Below are positions 39,102 to 48,600 of a stretch of 64,000 nucleotides of DNA, piece by piece; positions within the stretch are counted from its first letter, which is position 1; every line of letters starts with the position of its first letter. The translations under genes were made by a program, and so were the position numbers. The notes under the pieces are model-generated. The model was not told the origin of the DNA and ran no database searches. It worked only from the letters and a program-made list of their open reading frames with translations. This DNA is from Bacteroidales bacterium (GTDB lineage: Bacteria > Bacteroidota > Bacteroidia > Bacteroidales > Tenuifilaceae), in NCBI GenBank assembly GCA_046542995.1, contig JBKHAH010000003.1, forward strand, positions 15,566 to 79,565, read 5' to 3'.

Positions 39102-41480
39102 TTAAAACCCCGATTTTACCCTTTTAGGAACATTTCCCTTATCCCTGTTTATTAATTTTTTCTCTTTCCCAGTTTGAAATTGATAGCTTAAACGAAACAT
39201 TATTGGGACTGTTGGGAGCTTTAGATTTCCGCGGTAACTGCTCGTGAAATTCTGTGCTTCAATTTCTGAACCTTGGTAAATAAAAGTTTTGGCAAATGGA
39301 AGCGCTGCCATTACACCCACCTTGACATTGTTTTTAAAAGTTTTATCTAACGATAAGAAGTAAAGAGCATCACAAAAAGCATTCCCTTGTATCTTATATT
39401 TTACTGTTGAGTATTGGAAGGTCCCTGAGAGTGCAAAATCGTTCTTTAAAGAGAGCACCGATGAGAAGCCAGCATCAATCACCCAATTAGTTCTTTTTTC
39501 AATGTTATAATGCTTAGCAAGGCTATTCCCGTTAGTTAACTGGTTGTAAAATCGGATTGATGGACTTAAAGTGAGTGAACCAAATTTAAGGGAACCTAAA
39601 AATTGCATTCCAAGTTGATAAATACTCCCAAGGTTATGTTGCTGCGTTTCAAAGATATTGCTTTCGTTCAGAAATGTGAGGTTATTAATGGCATTGTTCA
39701 TATTTTCATAAAAAAGTCGTGTTGAAACATAGCTGACATTGAAACGGATGGAATGCTCTGCATAAATTCGGTGCGTAAATTCGGGTTCAAGAAAAGGATT
39801 CCCTTTGCGTATTGAGTATGGATTATCCATGTAAATGTATGGATTTAGCTGAAATACGTTAGGTCTGTTAACTGAGCGCCTGTATGAGAGCAGAATATTT
39901 TGCTTTGTATTAAGTTTATATTTAAAGGTTATGTAAGGTAAAACGGAGAGTTCAGGTTTGTTAAAATCATTATTCAGTTCAGTATCTACATATTCAGTCC
40001 TAACCCCAAGGTTAATATTATACCTTGTTCTCTTATAATGAAAGGTACTATATAGTGCAAATAGCTGCTCATTATAACCGAAGCTACTTACCGATTTGTT
40101 ATGCATTGACTTTACCCCTGCTTTTACTCCAGTATTCATAGTGAAATTCTCACCTATTGGGTTAGAGTAATCTATTTTTAAACTTGTAGCAACCTGTTCA
40201 GGTTTTTCTGAGTTAAGTATAGAGACTTCTTCATCATTATTGTCATTTATGTAAACTGTTGAATTGTTGGCTTTAAGGAGTGAGTTGCTGATATCAAAAG
40301 TTATTTCGCTTCCCTTTTTTTCAAACAGGTGCCTGTAGTACAATGAGTTGAAAACATTCAGGTTTTGATCTGTCTCTTCTTTAGTGCTATTCCAGATTTG
40401 GTTCATGTTTCCAACAATATCCATATATACTTTTCCATCTTGTTCGTAGGAGTAGGGATTTATTGAACCATAGTAGTTTATAATATCTTGGGATGTTGCT
40501 TGGTAATCAAATCCATAATGAAACTTATGCGAGAGGTTCTTTTGCTTTATCTGTTCAACCGATGTAATATCTAACGTTTCCCAAGTATTCCTTATTTCCC
40601 ATTTATAGGTCTCGTCAATGTTTTCAAAGTTAATTTCTCCATTATATGAAGTGTAAAGGTTTAGCTTTTTAAATCCATAGTGTAAGCTATAATTAGGAAA
40701 TGAATATACAATAGATTTCGATGTTGGTATTTCGGTAAAGAATTGTCCGCTGAAACCAGCATCTTTCTCCTTTTTTAATACAATATTTATTACCCCCGAC
40801 GCATTCCCATCGTAGCTTGAGGGTGGCGTATTCATAATCTCAACCCGGTCTATATGAGATGGGTTTAATTGTTTTATAAAACTCATATCACGCTCTTTAC
40901 CGTTTACAAAAAGCAGGATGGCCCTGCTGCCCTCAAGCGACAAGTTCTGCTTTAGGTCAACTTGTACGCCGGGTACATGCCGAAGTAACTTGGGCGTATT
41001 GCCCGATGCAGAAAGAATTCTTTTATTAATAAAAAAGATGGTTCTGTCATTTTCGATTTTCCCTTTAATGCGTTCTCCAACCAGAACAACTTGGTCTAAA
41101 AGTTGTACTGAATCTTTTACGTAAATAGTTCCAGCATCGTAATTACCTGAGTTAACAATGTTAATTCTTTTCGTAGTTTTTTTATATCCTACCGATGATG
41201 CCTGAAGTGTATATTTCCCTTTTGCTAAAGGTCTAATGTTAAACTTACCATTCTCATCAGCAATAGTTCCTGTAATTAAGAGATTAGCCCCATCTGATTC
41301 AGCCATTAGTCCCACTGTTGCATACGGAACAGGTTGGTTGCTTTCCTCTTCAATAACAATTCCCGTAATTGTACAATCCATCTGCGCGTAAAGCATGGGA
41401 GAGCAAATAAATGATGCAGAGATGAATAGAATTTTTGCATTCTTGAAGATCCTTTCTTGAAGATTTTTTGAATTTTTCAT
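39102..41480 (-). CDS. Outer-membrane beta-barrel (TonB-dependent-receptor-like) protein with CarboxypepD_reg N-domain
   Basis: Signal peptide. TGIVIEEESNQPVPYATVGL (carboxypeptidase-regulatory-like fold), plug-like segment, long alternating beta-strand region ending ...RVKSGF. Confidence 0.75.
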   Translation of the reverse strand: MKNSKNLQERIFKNAKILFISASFICSPMLYAQMDCTITGIVIEEESNQPVPYATVGLMAESDGANLLITGTIADENGKFNIRPLAKGKYTLQASSVGYKKTTKRINIVNSGNYDAGTIYVKDSVQLLDQVVLVGERIKGKIENDRTIFFINKRILSASGNTPKLLRHVPGVQVDLKQNLSLEGSRAILLFVNGKERDMSFIKQLNPSHIDRVEIMNTPPSSYDGNASGVINIVLKKEKDAGFSGQFFTEIPTSKSIVYSFPNYSLHYGFKKLNLYTSYNGEINFENIDETYKWEIRNTWETLDITSVEQIKQKNLSHKFHYGFDYQATSQDIINYYGSINPYSYEQDGKVYMDIVGNMNQIWNSTKEETDQNLNVFNSLYYRHLFEKKGSEITFDISNSLLKANNSTVYINDNNDEEVSILNSEKPEQVATSLKIDYSNPIGENFTMNTGVKAGVKSMHNKSVSSFGYNEQLFALYSTFHYKRTRYNINLGVRTEYVDTELNNDFNKPELSVLPYITFKYKLNTKQNILLSYRRSVNRPNVFQLNPYIYMDNPYSIRKGNPFLEPEFTHRIYAEHSIRFNVSYVSTRLFYENMNNAINNLTFLNESNIFETQQHNLGSIYQLGMQFLGSLKFGSLTLSPSIRFYNQLTNGNSLAKHYNIEKRTNWVIDAGFSSVLSLKNDFALSGTFQYSTVKYKIQGNAFCDALYFLSLDKTFKNNVKVGVMAALPFAKTFIYQGSEIEAQNFTSSYRGNLKLPTVPIMFRLSYQFQTGKEKKLINRDKGNVPKRVKSGF

Positions 41481-41611
41481 CGCATTGAATTTTAAGATTA
41501 ACAATGCAAATGGAGGAAGATATAAGAAGGTAACCAAGCTATTGGTTTATACAGCAAGGGTTTGTTACCAGCGGAAAGTAGATTTTATAAAAATGGTATG
41601 AAATGTAAATT

Positions 41612-42508
41612 TTAGTGATGAATGGATAGAAGGAACTGTTGGCTAAGTTCATCAAACTTTTTAACATTCTGGCGTGAAACGGGAATAATGCTACTGCTAT
41701 CTTGAAGCTTAAGATGGTACCCCAGAGAATTACCTTTTTTTGATATTACTTTACCCAAATTTACTATAAAAGCTCTGTGAGTTCTCATAAAGTGAGGAAT
41801 AGAATCAAGCTGCTGTTCAATATCACTAATTGAATTCCTGATTGTTACCTTAAACTCTCTTTCCTGCCTGATGAGATGAAAAATCACATAGTTCCCTTTC
41901 GATTCGGCATAAATAAACTCATTTTTCAGGAAACTCAACTCTTCCTTTTTGGCCTTTGATTTAATCTGAATCAATTTCTCGTTCGTTTCTTTCTGTCTGC
42001 TTTGGCTGTTAACTTTATATTCTTGAAATATTTCCGGGGTAAAAGCAAAGCGTATATTCACTAAGGATGGTATAACCACAGGTACAACACCGATTAGTAC
42101 TGAGCGAATAAAAGAGTCGAGGAAGGTACTCATATTCAAGCGCTCACCTTGATCTTCGATTAGAAACCCAGCAGAATATGCAGAGAGCCCAATACTTGTT
42201 AAAATAATTAAAATTGAGAATAGTTCTTTTGAAACGGTCCAGCGTTTATTTTTTGAGAAGCAGCTTGTCTTTTTTATAATAACAGCCACAATAAATACGC
42301 ATATTGATATTAACAGGCCGTATAATAAAACAGTAAGACTAAAACTGAAGGAGCGAGCCTCGTGTATTTGAAGCGGTTGGTAAGTAATGGCAAATAAGAA
42401 AAGAATGGCAATAAACGCTATTGCGCCCCAGATGGGTTTTTGTATTATAAAATTTTGAGGATACTGTCTGTAGAGTAGTTCTTTTATTTGGTTTATCTGA
42501 TTATTCAT
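41612..42508 (-). CDS. Membrane-anchored LytTR-domain DNA-binding protein
   Basis: Four to five N-terminal TM helices, then the LytTR pattern (FIYAESKGNYVIFHL...RTHRAFIVNL). Confidence 0.8.
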   Translation of the reverse strand: MNNQINQIKELLYRQYPQNFIIQKPIWGAIAFIAILFLFAITYQPLQIHEARSFSFSLTVLLYGLLISICVFIVAVIIKKTSCFSKNKRWTVSKELFSILIILTSIGLSAYSAGFLIEDQGERLNMSTFLDSFIRSVLIGVVPVVIPSLVNIRFAFTPEIFQEYKVNSQSRQKETNEKLIQIKSKAKKEELSFLKNEFIYAESKGNYVIFHLIRQEREFKVTIRNSISDIEQQLDSIPHFMRTHRAFIVNLGKVISKKGNSLGYHLKLQDSSSIIPVSRQNVKKFDELSQQFLLSIHH

Positions 42509-42680
42509 TTTACATAATCAAAGTGATAAGTTCATTTTTTATCTTTTGTAAGGTCTTAAAAAAACATTGTAACTTATATGAGGAGAAACTTATGTTGGTT
42601 TATAGTATCAGCATAAATTCTCCCCATAATATTGATTATCATTGAATATACTTATTTTGTGAACCCAAACTAAGATACCC

Positions 42681-43676
42681 TTACTTAATAATTACATCTC
42701 CATTCACAATTTTATCTACCATACTCCTAATCGTGTCCCATCTTTCAGCGTCCATCTTTGGACCAATTACTTCAATTACTTTACCCGATAAGATTGCTCC
42801 AATCTCAGCACATTGCTTTAGGGTTAAATTCTTTGTGAGGCCATATATAAACCCTGCGGCGAAAAGGTCGCCAGCACCTGTTGAGTCAATGGCATTTACG
42901 TTAATAACTCCCATCTTCACAACCTCTTCGCCTGATTTTATTAAAGAACCTTCGGCTCCGATTTTTACAACCGCAATATCAACCATTTTAGAAATCTCTA
43001 CCAATGCCTGCTCCGGAGATTTTCCCGTGAAAGCTTTTGCTTCATCCTCGTTGGCAAATACCACATCTACATATTCGCTAACTATGCGCTTAAGAAATTC
43101 AAGGTTTGCTTCTACCACGTTGTAGCTGGCTAGGTCTAATGATATTTTTAGCCCTGCCTGTTTCGCGGTTTTAATTGATTTCTCAATTAATGCATGGTTT
43201 TGTACCAAGTAGCCTTCAATATGTAAGAAGTTGTAGCCCTGAAATGATGACTCCTCAATGTCTGAGTCAAGCATCTCAATTGCTGCTCCCAGGTTTACAG
43301 CAAAGGTCCGCTCCGAGTCAGTAGAAACCAGTGCAAGCGCTCTCCCCGAAGCTGCTGTTCCAATGAGGAGGCTAGGGCTAATTCCCGTTGTGGTCATGTC
43401 CTTATTAAAAAAGTCGCCCATTTCATCCTTACCAACCTTACCAATAAATCCGGTTACAACACCAAGGTTCGCTAGGCCGTTTATTGTGTTTGCTGCGCTT
43501 CCACCTGAAGCAAGTGTTTGCTTTAGACCTATTGTTTGCTCTATAGCCTTTTCAATGGTTTCGTCGTCAACTATTTGCATGCTGCCTTTAGGGAGGTTAA
43601 GAATCTCAAGCAGGTCATCATTCTCTAAACTGGTCATTATATCAACCAGCGCATTGCCAATACCAATAACTTTCAT
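42681..43676 (-). CDS. PfkB-family kinase, adenosine kinase-like
   Basis: 331 aa. GGSAANT and DSTGAGDLFAAGFIYG ribokinase-family signatures. Confidence 0.8.
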   Translation of the reverse strand: MKVIGIGNALVDIMTSLENDDLLEILNLPKGSMQIVDDETIEKAIEQTIGLKQTLASGGSAANTINGLANLGVVTGFIGKVGKDEMGDFFNKDMTTTGISPSLLIGTAASGRALALVSTDSERTFAVNLGAAIEMLDSDIEESSFQGYNFLHIEGYLVQNHALIEKSIKTAKQAGLKISLDLASYNVVEANLEFLKRIVSEYVDVVFANEDEAKAFTGKSPEQALVEISKMVDIAVVKIGAEGSLIKSGEEVVKMGVINVNAIDSTGAGDLFAAGFIYGLTKNLTLKQCAEIGAILSGKVIEVIGPKMDAERWDTIRSMVDKIVNGDVIIK

Positions 43677-43818
43677 TATTCAAATTTTTTTGTAAAAGTA
43701 ATTTTTTTACCTCTTCTTTCCTATGATTTATATCTACATTTTTTAATGAGTAAAAATCGTTAAAAATATTTTGCCGATAAAATATTATCATCTATATTTG
43801 CACTCGCAAAAAAGGAAA

Positions 43819-43826
43819 TATTTTTG
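43819..43826 (+). promoter_or_regulatory. Candidate -7 box (TATTTTTG) for tRNA-Asn; a second box TATATTTG lies at 43793-43800
   Basis: Two TAnnTTTG matches, 11 and 37 nt upstream of the mature tRNA 5' end. Confidence 0.4.
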
Positions 43827-43836
43827 CAAAAACCAT

Positions 43837-43910
43837 TCCTCATTAGCTCAGTTGGTTAGAGCACCTGACTGTTAATCAGGGGGTCCTAGGTTCAAGTCCT
43901 AGATGAGGAG
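43837..43910 (+). tRNA. tRNA-Asn (anticodon GTT)
   Basis: Acceptor TCCTCAT/ATGAGGA, D-arm AGCTCAGTTGGTTAGAGC, anticodon loop CTGTTAA, T-arm GGTTCAAGTCC. Confidence 0.92.
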
Positions 43911-43911
43911 C

Positions 43912-43947
43912 AAAAAGGGGAGGCTGAATTTTAGCCTCCCCTTTTTT
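43912..43947 (+). terminator. Rho-independent terminator of tRNA-Asn
   Basis: 14-bp stem AAAAAGGGGAGGCT/AGCCTCCCCTTTTT with a 7-nt loop and a T-run. Confidence 0.8.
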
Positions 43948-43964
43948 GTTAAGTGCGATTTGGC

Positions 43965-44005
43965 ATAAATAAAGGGAAGCATTACCGATGCTTCCCTTTA
44001 TTTAT
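43965..44005. terminator. 18-bp perfect palindrome; terminator for the 11-gene minus-strand operon (bidirectional)
   Basis: ATAAATAAAGGGAAGCAT-taccg-ATGCTTCCCTTTATTTAT, 21 nt downstream of the 44027 stop. Confidence 0.75.
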
Positions 44006-44026
44006 GATTTTTTAAAGTGCAGGTAG

Positions 44027-44464
44027 TTACATTGTATCCACCAATGATAGCAGTCCAACAGCTAAACCTGGTTTCCCATCCCTAAATTTAAAGAATAGGT
44101 GGTATGCCCCTGTTTTTGTGCAAACATAGTCAATGGAAGGGTGGTCTTTTCCTGTGGCAACAATATGGGTGGTTGCTAATAATCTGTTGTTATCAAATAG
44201 TTCAAGAACTACTTTCCCTTCATAATCTTTTGAGTTACAAACAGAGAAGCGATACTTAATCCCCTTTTTAAGAATAACAGAAAATCTTTGCGTGGGAGGA
44301 GGGTCGCCTGCATCTAGTCGAATTGTAAAGTCTTTTAAAAAGGTGGCATCGCCTGCGATCATTCCACAGATTTCAACCAGATCATCTTCCGTTTGTGCGG
44401 ATAGCTTTGTTGAGAACCCCGCAATAAGAACTGATAGTAAAAGAATAAGGCAAGTATTTTTCAT
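44027..44464 (-). CDS. Secreted hypothetical protein (last gene of operon)
   Basis: 145 aa. Signal peptide MKNTCLILLLSVLIAGFSTKLSAQ; beta-rich; no family recognised. Confidence 0.55.
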   Translation of the reverse strand: MKNTCLILLLSVLIAGFSTKLSAQTEDDLVEICGMIAGDATFLKDFTIRLDAGDPPPTQRFSVILKKGIKYRFSVCNSKDYEGKVVLELFDNNRLLATTHIVATGKDHPSIDYVCTKTGAYHLFFKFRDGKPGLAVGLLSLVDTM

Positions 44465-44486
44465 AATTCAAAGTTTTTCTAGAGTT

Positions 44487-45398
44487 TTACCCATTAAGCA
44501 GCTTATTTCTAATTTCCCGTACCTTAATTATGATGCTATTCAAGGTTTCTTCTGACATTTCAATGTTTTGAGTATCCTTTTGTTCAAAGGTGAGCACCCC
44601 ATCTTTAACTACTTGAACAGGATCAGCATACTCATACGTTATCTTTACATCCTTGTATAGGCCCTGAATTTGTTCAAAATCCTTAATTAGATCTGCTATT
44701 TTAGGGTCGCGTTTGTAGTTATCAAGCAAAATCATTAGGTGATTCATAATCATCTTTTGCTCCCCAATGGTTTCGTTAATTCTGGGATGGTTTGCATCTT
44801 GCGCCACCCGGGTAGAAAGGTAGAGCCCTTCAATCCATACCCCAGCAATTATTAGCACGCTAAGGTGTGAACGGTTTGTTTCGCGAAGGTAGCCATCAAT
44901 GCGGTTGAAACTTTGCTGTGAGATAAGCATTAGGGAGTCAAGGTTCTCTCTATTGGTTGCAATTCTACTAAGGGTACTGAAGTCGAAAAATTGACCAACC
45001 TGAATACCATCCGCTAAGGATTTAATTGTTGAAATATAGTTAATAACAAGAGATGTCCTTTCGTACATGTTAATATAACCTAGGTCTGCCCCATAAATTC
45101 CTAGACCAATAGCTTTTTCGAAGTTGGTGTTCAGGTTGTTCTCCTTTTTTGTGCTTGCTAGGTAATCTTTGTTGAAGGGCATGTTAAGACCCTTGATCAT
45201 GGCTGCAGTTTCAACAGGAGAGGATACATTCTGAATCATATCGTCAATAACTTCCGCTGCAATTTCCAGAGGTTGATCATCTAGGAGTTCATCTGGGATG
45301 TCAAATTCTCCGCTAGTTTCGTCCCTGTCCGAGTCAAAAAAACGACACGATGAAACGAGCAGTGTAGTAATGAGGATGAGAGTTGTGATTCTAAGCAT
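44487..45398 (-). CDS. Hypothetical lipoprotein
   Basis: 303 aa. Lipobox LLVSSC; helical body; no family recognised. Confidence 0.55.
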   Translation of the reverse strand: MLRITTLILITTLLVSSCRFFDSDRDETSGEFDIPDELLDDQPLEIAAEVIDDMIQNVSSPVETAAMIKGLNMPFNKDYLASTKKENNLNTNFEKAIGLGIYGADLGYINMYERTSLVINYISTIKSLADGIQVGQFFDFSTLSRIATNRENLDSLMLISQQSFNRIDGYLRETNRSHLSVLIIAGVWIEGLYLSTRVAQDANHPRINETIGEQKMIMNHLMILLDNYKRDPKIADLIKDFEQIQGLYKDVKITYEYADPVQVVKDGVLTFEQKDTQNIEMSEETLNSIIIKVREIRNKLLNG

Positions 45399-45462
45399 AT
45401 TTAAAAACGATTAAATGTAATGTTGTATTATCTCACTCTTCAAAAAGTAAAGATATAAAAAA

Positions 45463-48400
45463 TTATTTTTTTCTGGGTATAGGCACCTTAATTTTACCTA
45501 AAAATTCAATCGACTTTTTAATTACTTCAAAATAAAGCATGAAGTATAGTATGATGCTCATAAACCATATAAAGCAAACATTGAACCAAAATGTGTCGTA
45601 GTAGCTACCCAAAAAGTATTTTCTTGGAGCCAGGAAGTGTGATCTGAAATCGAGTTGATGATTTGGTATAGGATCCCTGTATATGGGATCGTACTGTTGA
45701 ACTAGTTCTCCCTTGTATTGTAGTATCTTGTTTTTTTCAAAAATCTTCATGGCCAAATCGGCTATACTTTCATTGTGGTAAGCTCTACGTTTAGCTTCGT
45801 ACAGTTTAGGATTTGTTTCTACAAGGTGTGTTATTAGCTTGTCGCGTTTACTGTTGGCCGTTTGGAATATTTTATTGTAATGCTCTTTAAGCTGCTGAAG
45901 GTAATCAATAGTGCCAAAGTAAACCTCCTGGTCGAAATCATTCGAATTGAGGTTGTCCATATATCTGTAGGGAATAGCTGGAACCAGATAGTTAGCCTCG
46001 TTAAATAGTGAATTCCTGAGAACTAGAAGGTTCTCCTTAAACTCTTCAGTTGCCTCATCGTTTTGTTCATTGCTATTAATATGTTCGTAGCATTCATCAA
46101 GAATTTTTTCCAACTCTGGAATGTAATATACAGTTTTGTAGTCGGCGTTTCGCTCCACCTTCTCTATATCGTAGAAGGTCTTATGGAAATCGTTATTCTT
46201 AAATTGGTGTACAACTAGCGCCTCATAGCCCCATTTTGTAACCATAAACTCTGCAATTAGTGGCACTCTGCCAAAACTTCCAACGGCGCGGTTTAACTTC
46301 TCAAAGCTAAACATTGCTCCGGAAAGCACCATCATGGGGATCATTAGCAGGGGGATTACAATATATATGGTAACGGCAGAGTTGAATGTTGCAGAAATGT
46401 TTAAGCCTAAAAGATTAGCAAAAACGGCAGTAGAGAAAAGCACCAGCCAGTACTCAAAATTCATACCTCTGAGTTGGAGTATTCCATTGGCAATAAGCAC
46501 AAATGTTATGCACTGGATTGCCGAGAGTACAACCAGAATAAATATCTTGCTAAACAGGTACGATGCGCGGCTCAAGTTTAGGAACGCTTCGCGTTTAAGA
46601 ATTTTCCTGTCGCGGAAAATCTCCTCGGCGCTCACTGTTAATCCAATGAACAGGGCAACAATAAGCGCCATAAATATGTAAATGGGGATATTCTCGTTCT
46701 CCCTAAAAATGTAAACATCAGAATTCGGATCTGCTATATATCGAATAACAAATGCGAGGATGAAACCCAGAATGGGTGTTTCAAGCATGTTAAGTACGAT
46801 ATACTGCGTGTTGCTTACCTTTGAGAGAAAATCGCGGGTGGTATATATGAAGAACTGCTTAAGTTTTGATGGGATATTTAGCGATTTTGGCGGTGGCTCC
46901 GTTTCTCTTGGTACACTTTTCAGCTTAATATTCTCACTAAAATGATCCTCCCATTTGGGGGGGGATATTTTTCGGGTTGGGGTGTAGCGACCAAACTCAT
47001 CCACCACCTTCGCTTCAATGATATTGAATATAAGTTCAGGATTAACATTACCGCAGGTTGGGCATTCCCCCTGATCGCTGTTAATCTGCATGTCGATGCG
47101 CTTAAAGTACATCACCGCTTCAACGGGGTTGCCGTAGTATATCATGTATCCACCCGTATCAAGAATCATCATATTGTCAAACATCTTATATATGTCTGAC
47201 GATGGCTGGTGAATTACTACAAAGATGAGTTTTCCCTTAAGCGTAAGCTCTCGAAGAAGGTCCATCACGTTTTCCGAGTCCCTGGACGATAGGCCAGATG
47301 TTGGTTCATCGACAAAAAGGATGGCGGGTTCGCGAATTAGCTCAAGCGCAATGTTCAGCCTTTTTCTTTGCCCTCCGGAAATCATTTTGTTAAGAGGTGA
47401 GCCTACTTTTAAATTTTTACGTTCGTAGAGACCTAGGTTCTGAAGCGTTTTGTCAACGAGTTGGGTAAGTTCTTCCTCAGATTTATCCTTAAAGCAGAGC
47501 TTGGCATTGTAATAAAGGTTTTGGAATACGGTGAGTTCCTCAATAAGAAGATCGTCCTGAGGTATTACGCCAATAACTCCTTCAAGGTTCTCCTTTTCAT
47601 GATGCAGGTCAATTCCGTTTATGGTAACTTTCCCTGTTGTGGGCACCTCAATGCCTGCCAATACATTTAGTAGGGTGGTTTTTCCTGCACCGCTAGCTCC
47701 CATTATGCCAATGAGCTTGCCTTGCTCCTCGGCAAAGTTGATATTGCGTAAGCCTATGTCGCCACTTTTAAATTTAAACCCAACATCTTCTACCTCGTAC
47801 GATATGCGTATGCTAGTATCGTCGGCAAGGTAATGTGCCACAACATCGGTGTAGTATATGGGTTTACCTTTGGGAAGTTTAATGGAGCTGCCATTGGCAA
47901 ACAGGTATATCCTTTTTTTGTTGATTGGAAGACCATTAAGGAAAATTTCCTCGTTACCGGTGTACCTCAGGAAGTATAGGTCTTCGCTTTTTATCTGAAG
48001 TATGTATAGGTGCCCATCGAGGGCTTCGGTTGGAATGTGCTTGCAATGCTCTCCCTTGTCCTCGTTATCGTGTATGGTAAGTATGCTGGGGTAATCAAGA
48101 TCCTTCGGGTCATTGTTTATGACGAAGTTTTCGATATCGGTAAATTCTTCTTTGGTAAGCTTAAATACGTCGGCCACCGTATTAATAATAGCCATACGTT
48201 GCTCGGTGAATTTTCTATCGGCATTAACCAGCTCAAAGAGGCGAACCAGTACAACAACCTTCTGTTTCTGGGTTAGGGTTTTGTTAATTTTTTTGCATAT
48301 ACCCAAAATCTTAACTGAGTCTTTAACCGAGGTTAGCTTGACCTTTTTAGGCTTCCCATCCGCCTCCCCGTTTTCTTTATCCTGTTTTAGCCCGGCATGC

Positions 48401-48558
48401 TGGTCAAAAAGATCAATATATTCTCCAACAGCCTCATCGTTAACCTGCTGCAACAAGAAGTTGACAACGTACTCGCGTTCGTTGGACTCAACACCTTCGT
48501 CCTGCTTTGCAATAATTGCAAAGAGCTGCATTAAAGCCTTGAGAATTTCTTCACTCAT
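45463..48558 (-). CDS. ABC transporter, fused ATPase + ABC-2 permease (ABCG-like order) with TerB-like N-terminal region and an unassigned beta-rich linker
   Basis: 1031 aa. Walker A GASGAGKTT, signature ISGGQRKR, Walker B ILFVDEPTSGL, then about 6 TM helices. N-terminal FAIIAKQDEGVESNEREYVVNFL resembles TerB-type helical repeats. Confidence 0.85.
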   Translation of the reverse strand: MSEEILKALMQLFAIIAKQDEGVESNEREYVVNFLLQQVNDEAVGEYIDLFDQHAGLKQDKENGEADGKPKKVKLTSVKDSVKILGICKKINKTLTQKQKVVVLVRLFELVNADRKFTEQRMAIINTVADVFKLTKEEFTDIENFVINNDPKDLDYPSILTIHDNEDKGEHCKHIPTEALDGHLYILQIKSEDLYFLRYTGNEEIFLNGLPINKKRIYLFANGSSIKLPKGKPIYYTDVVAHYLADDTSIRISYEVEDVGFKFKSGDIGLRNINFAEEQGKLIGIMGASGAGKTTLLNVLAGIEVPTTGKVTINGIDLHHEKENLEGVIGVIPQDDLLIEELTVFQNLYYNAKLCFKDKSEEELTQLVDKTLQNLGLYERKNLKVGSPLNKMISGGQRKRLNIALELIREPAILFVDEPTSGLSSRDSENVMDLLRELTLKGKLIFVVIHQPSSDIYKMFDNMMILDTGGYMIYYGNPVEAVMYFKRIDMQINSDQGECPTCGNVNPELIFNIIEAKVVDEFGRYTPTRKISPPKWEDHFSENIKLKSVPRETEPPPKSLNIPSKLKQFFIYTTRDFLSKVSNTQYIVLNMLETPILGFILAFVIRYIADPNSDVYIFRENENIPIYIFMALIVALFIGLTVSAEEIFRDRKILKREAFLNLSRASYLFSKIFILVVLSAIQCITFVLIANGILQLRGMNFEYWLVLFSTAVFANLLGLNISATFNSAVTIYIVIPLLMIPMMVLSGAMFSFEKLNRAVGSFGRVPLIAEFMVTKWGYEALVVHQFKNNDFHKTFYDIEKVERNADYKTVYYIPELEKILDECYEHINSNEQNDEATEEFKENLLVLRNSLFNEANYLVPAIPYRYMDNLNSNDFDQEVYFGTIDYLQQLKEHYNKIFQTANSKRDKLITHLVETNPKLYEAKRRAYHNESIADLAMKIFEKNKILQYKGELVQQYDPIYRDPIPNHQLDFRSHFLAPRKYFLGSYYDTFWFNVCFIWFMSIILYFMLYFEVIKKSIEFLGKIKVPIPRKK

Positions 48559-48600
48559 TGCTTAGGTTAACTTGTTAAAGTTGGAGTAGCATTATTTCTC

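Noticed and set aside
41481-41611. Possible cobalamin riboswitch upstream of the OM receptor-like gene; also TPP upstream of dxs (24717-24800)
   Set aside because: No B12-box (GCCACTG-like) and no TPP CUGAGA/ACCTGA cores are visible. The dxs leader appears to be only about 10-20 nt long.
43677-44026. tRNA-Asn as an integration hotspot marking the operon as a genomic island
   Set aside because: I recognised no integrase, transposase, tRNA 3'-fragment direct repeat or phage gene on either side. The operon is bounded by ordinary housekeeping genes.
48113-48565. 150-aa plus-strand ORF, and many similar 60-145-aa ORFs antisense to the large minus-strand genes (e.g. 43258-43695, 53960-54364, 55900-56259, 50694-51053)
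   Set aside because: All lie entirely within strongly supported genes on the opposite strand. They show Ser/Leu/Ile-rich shadow-frame composition.
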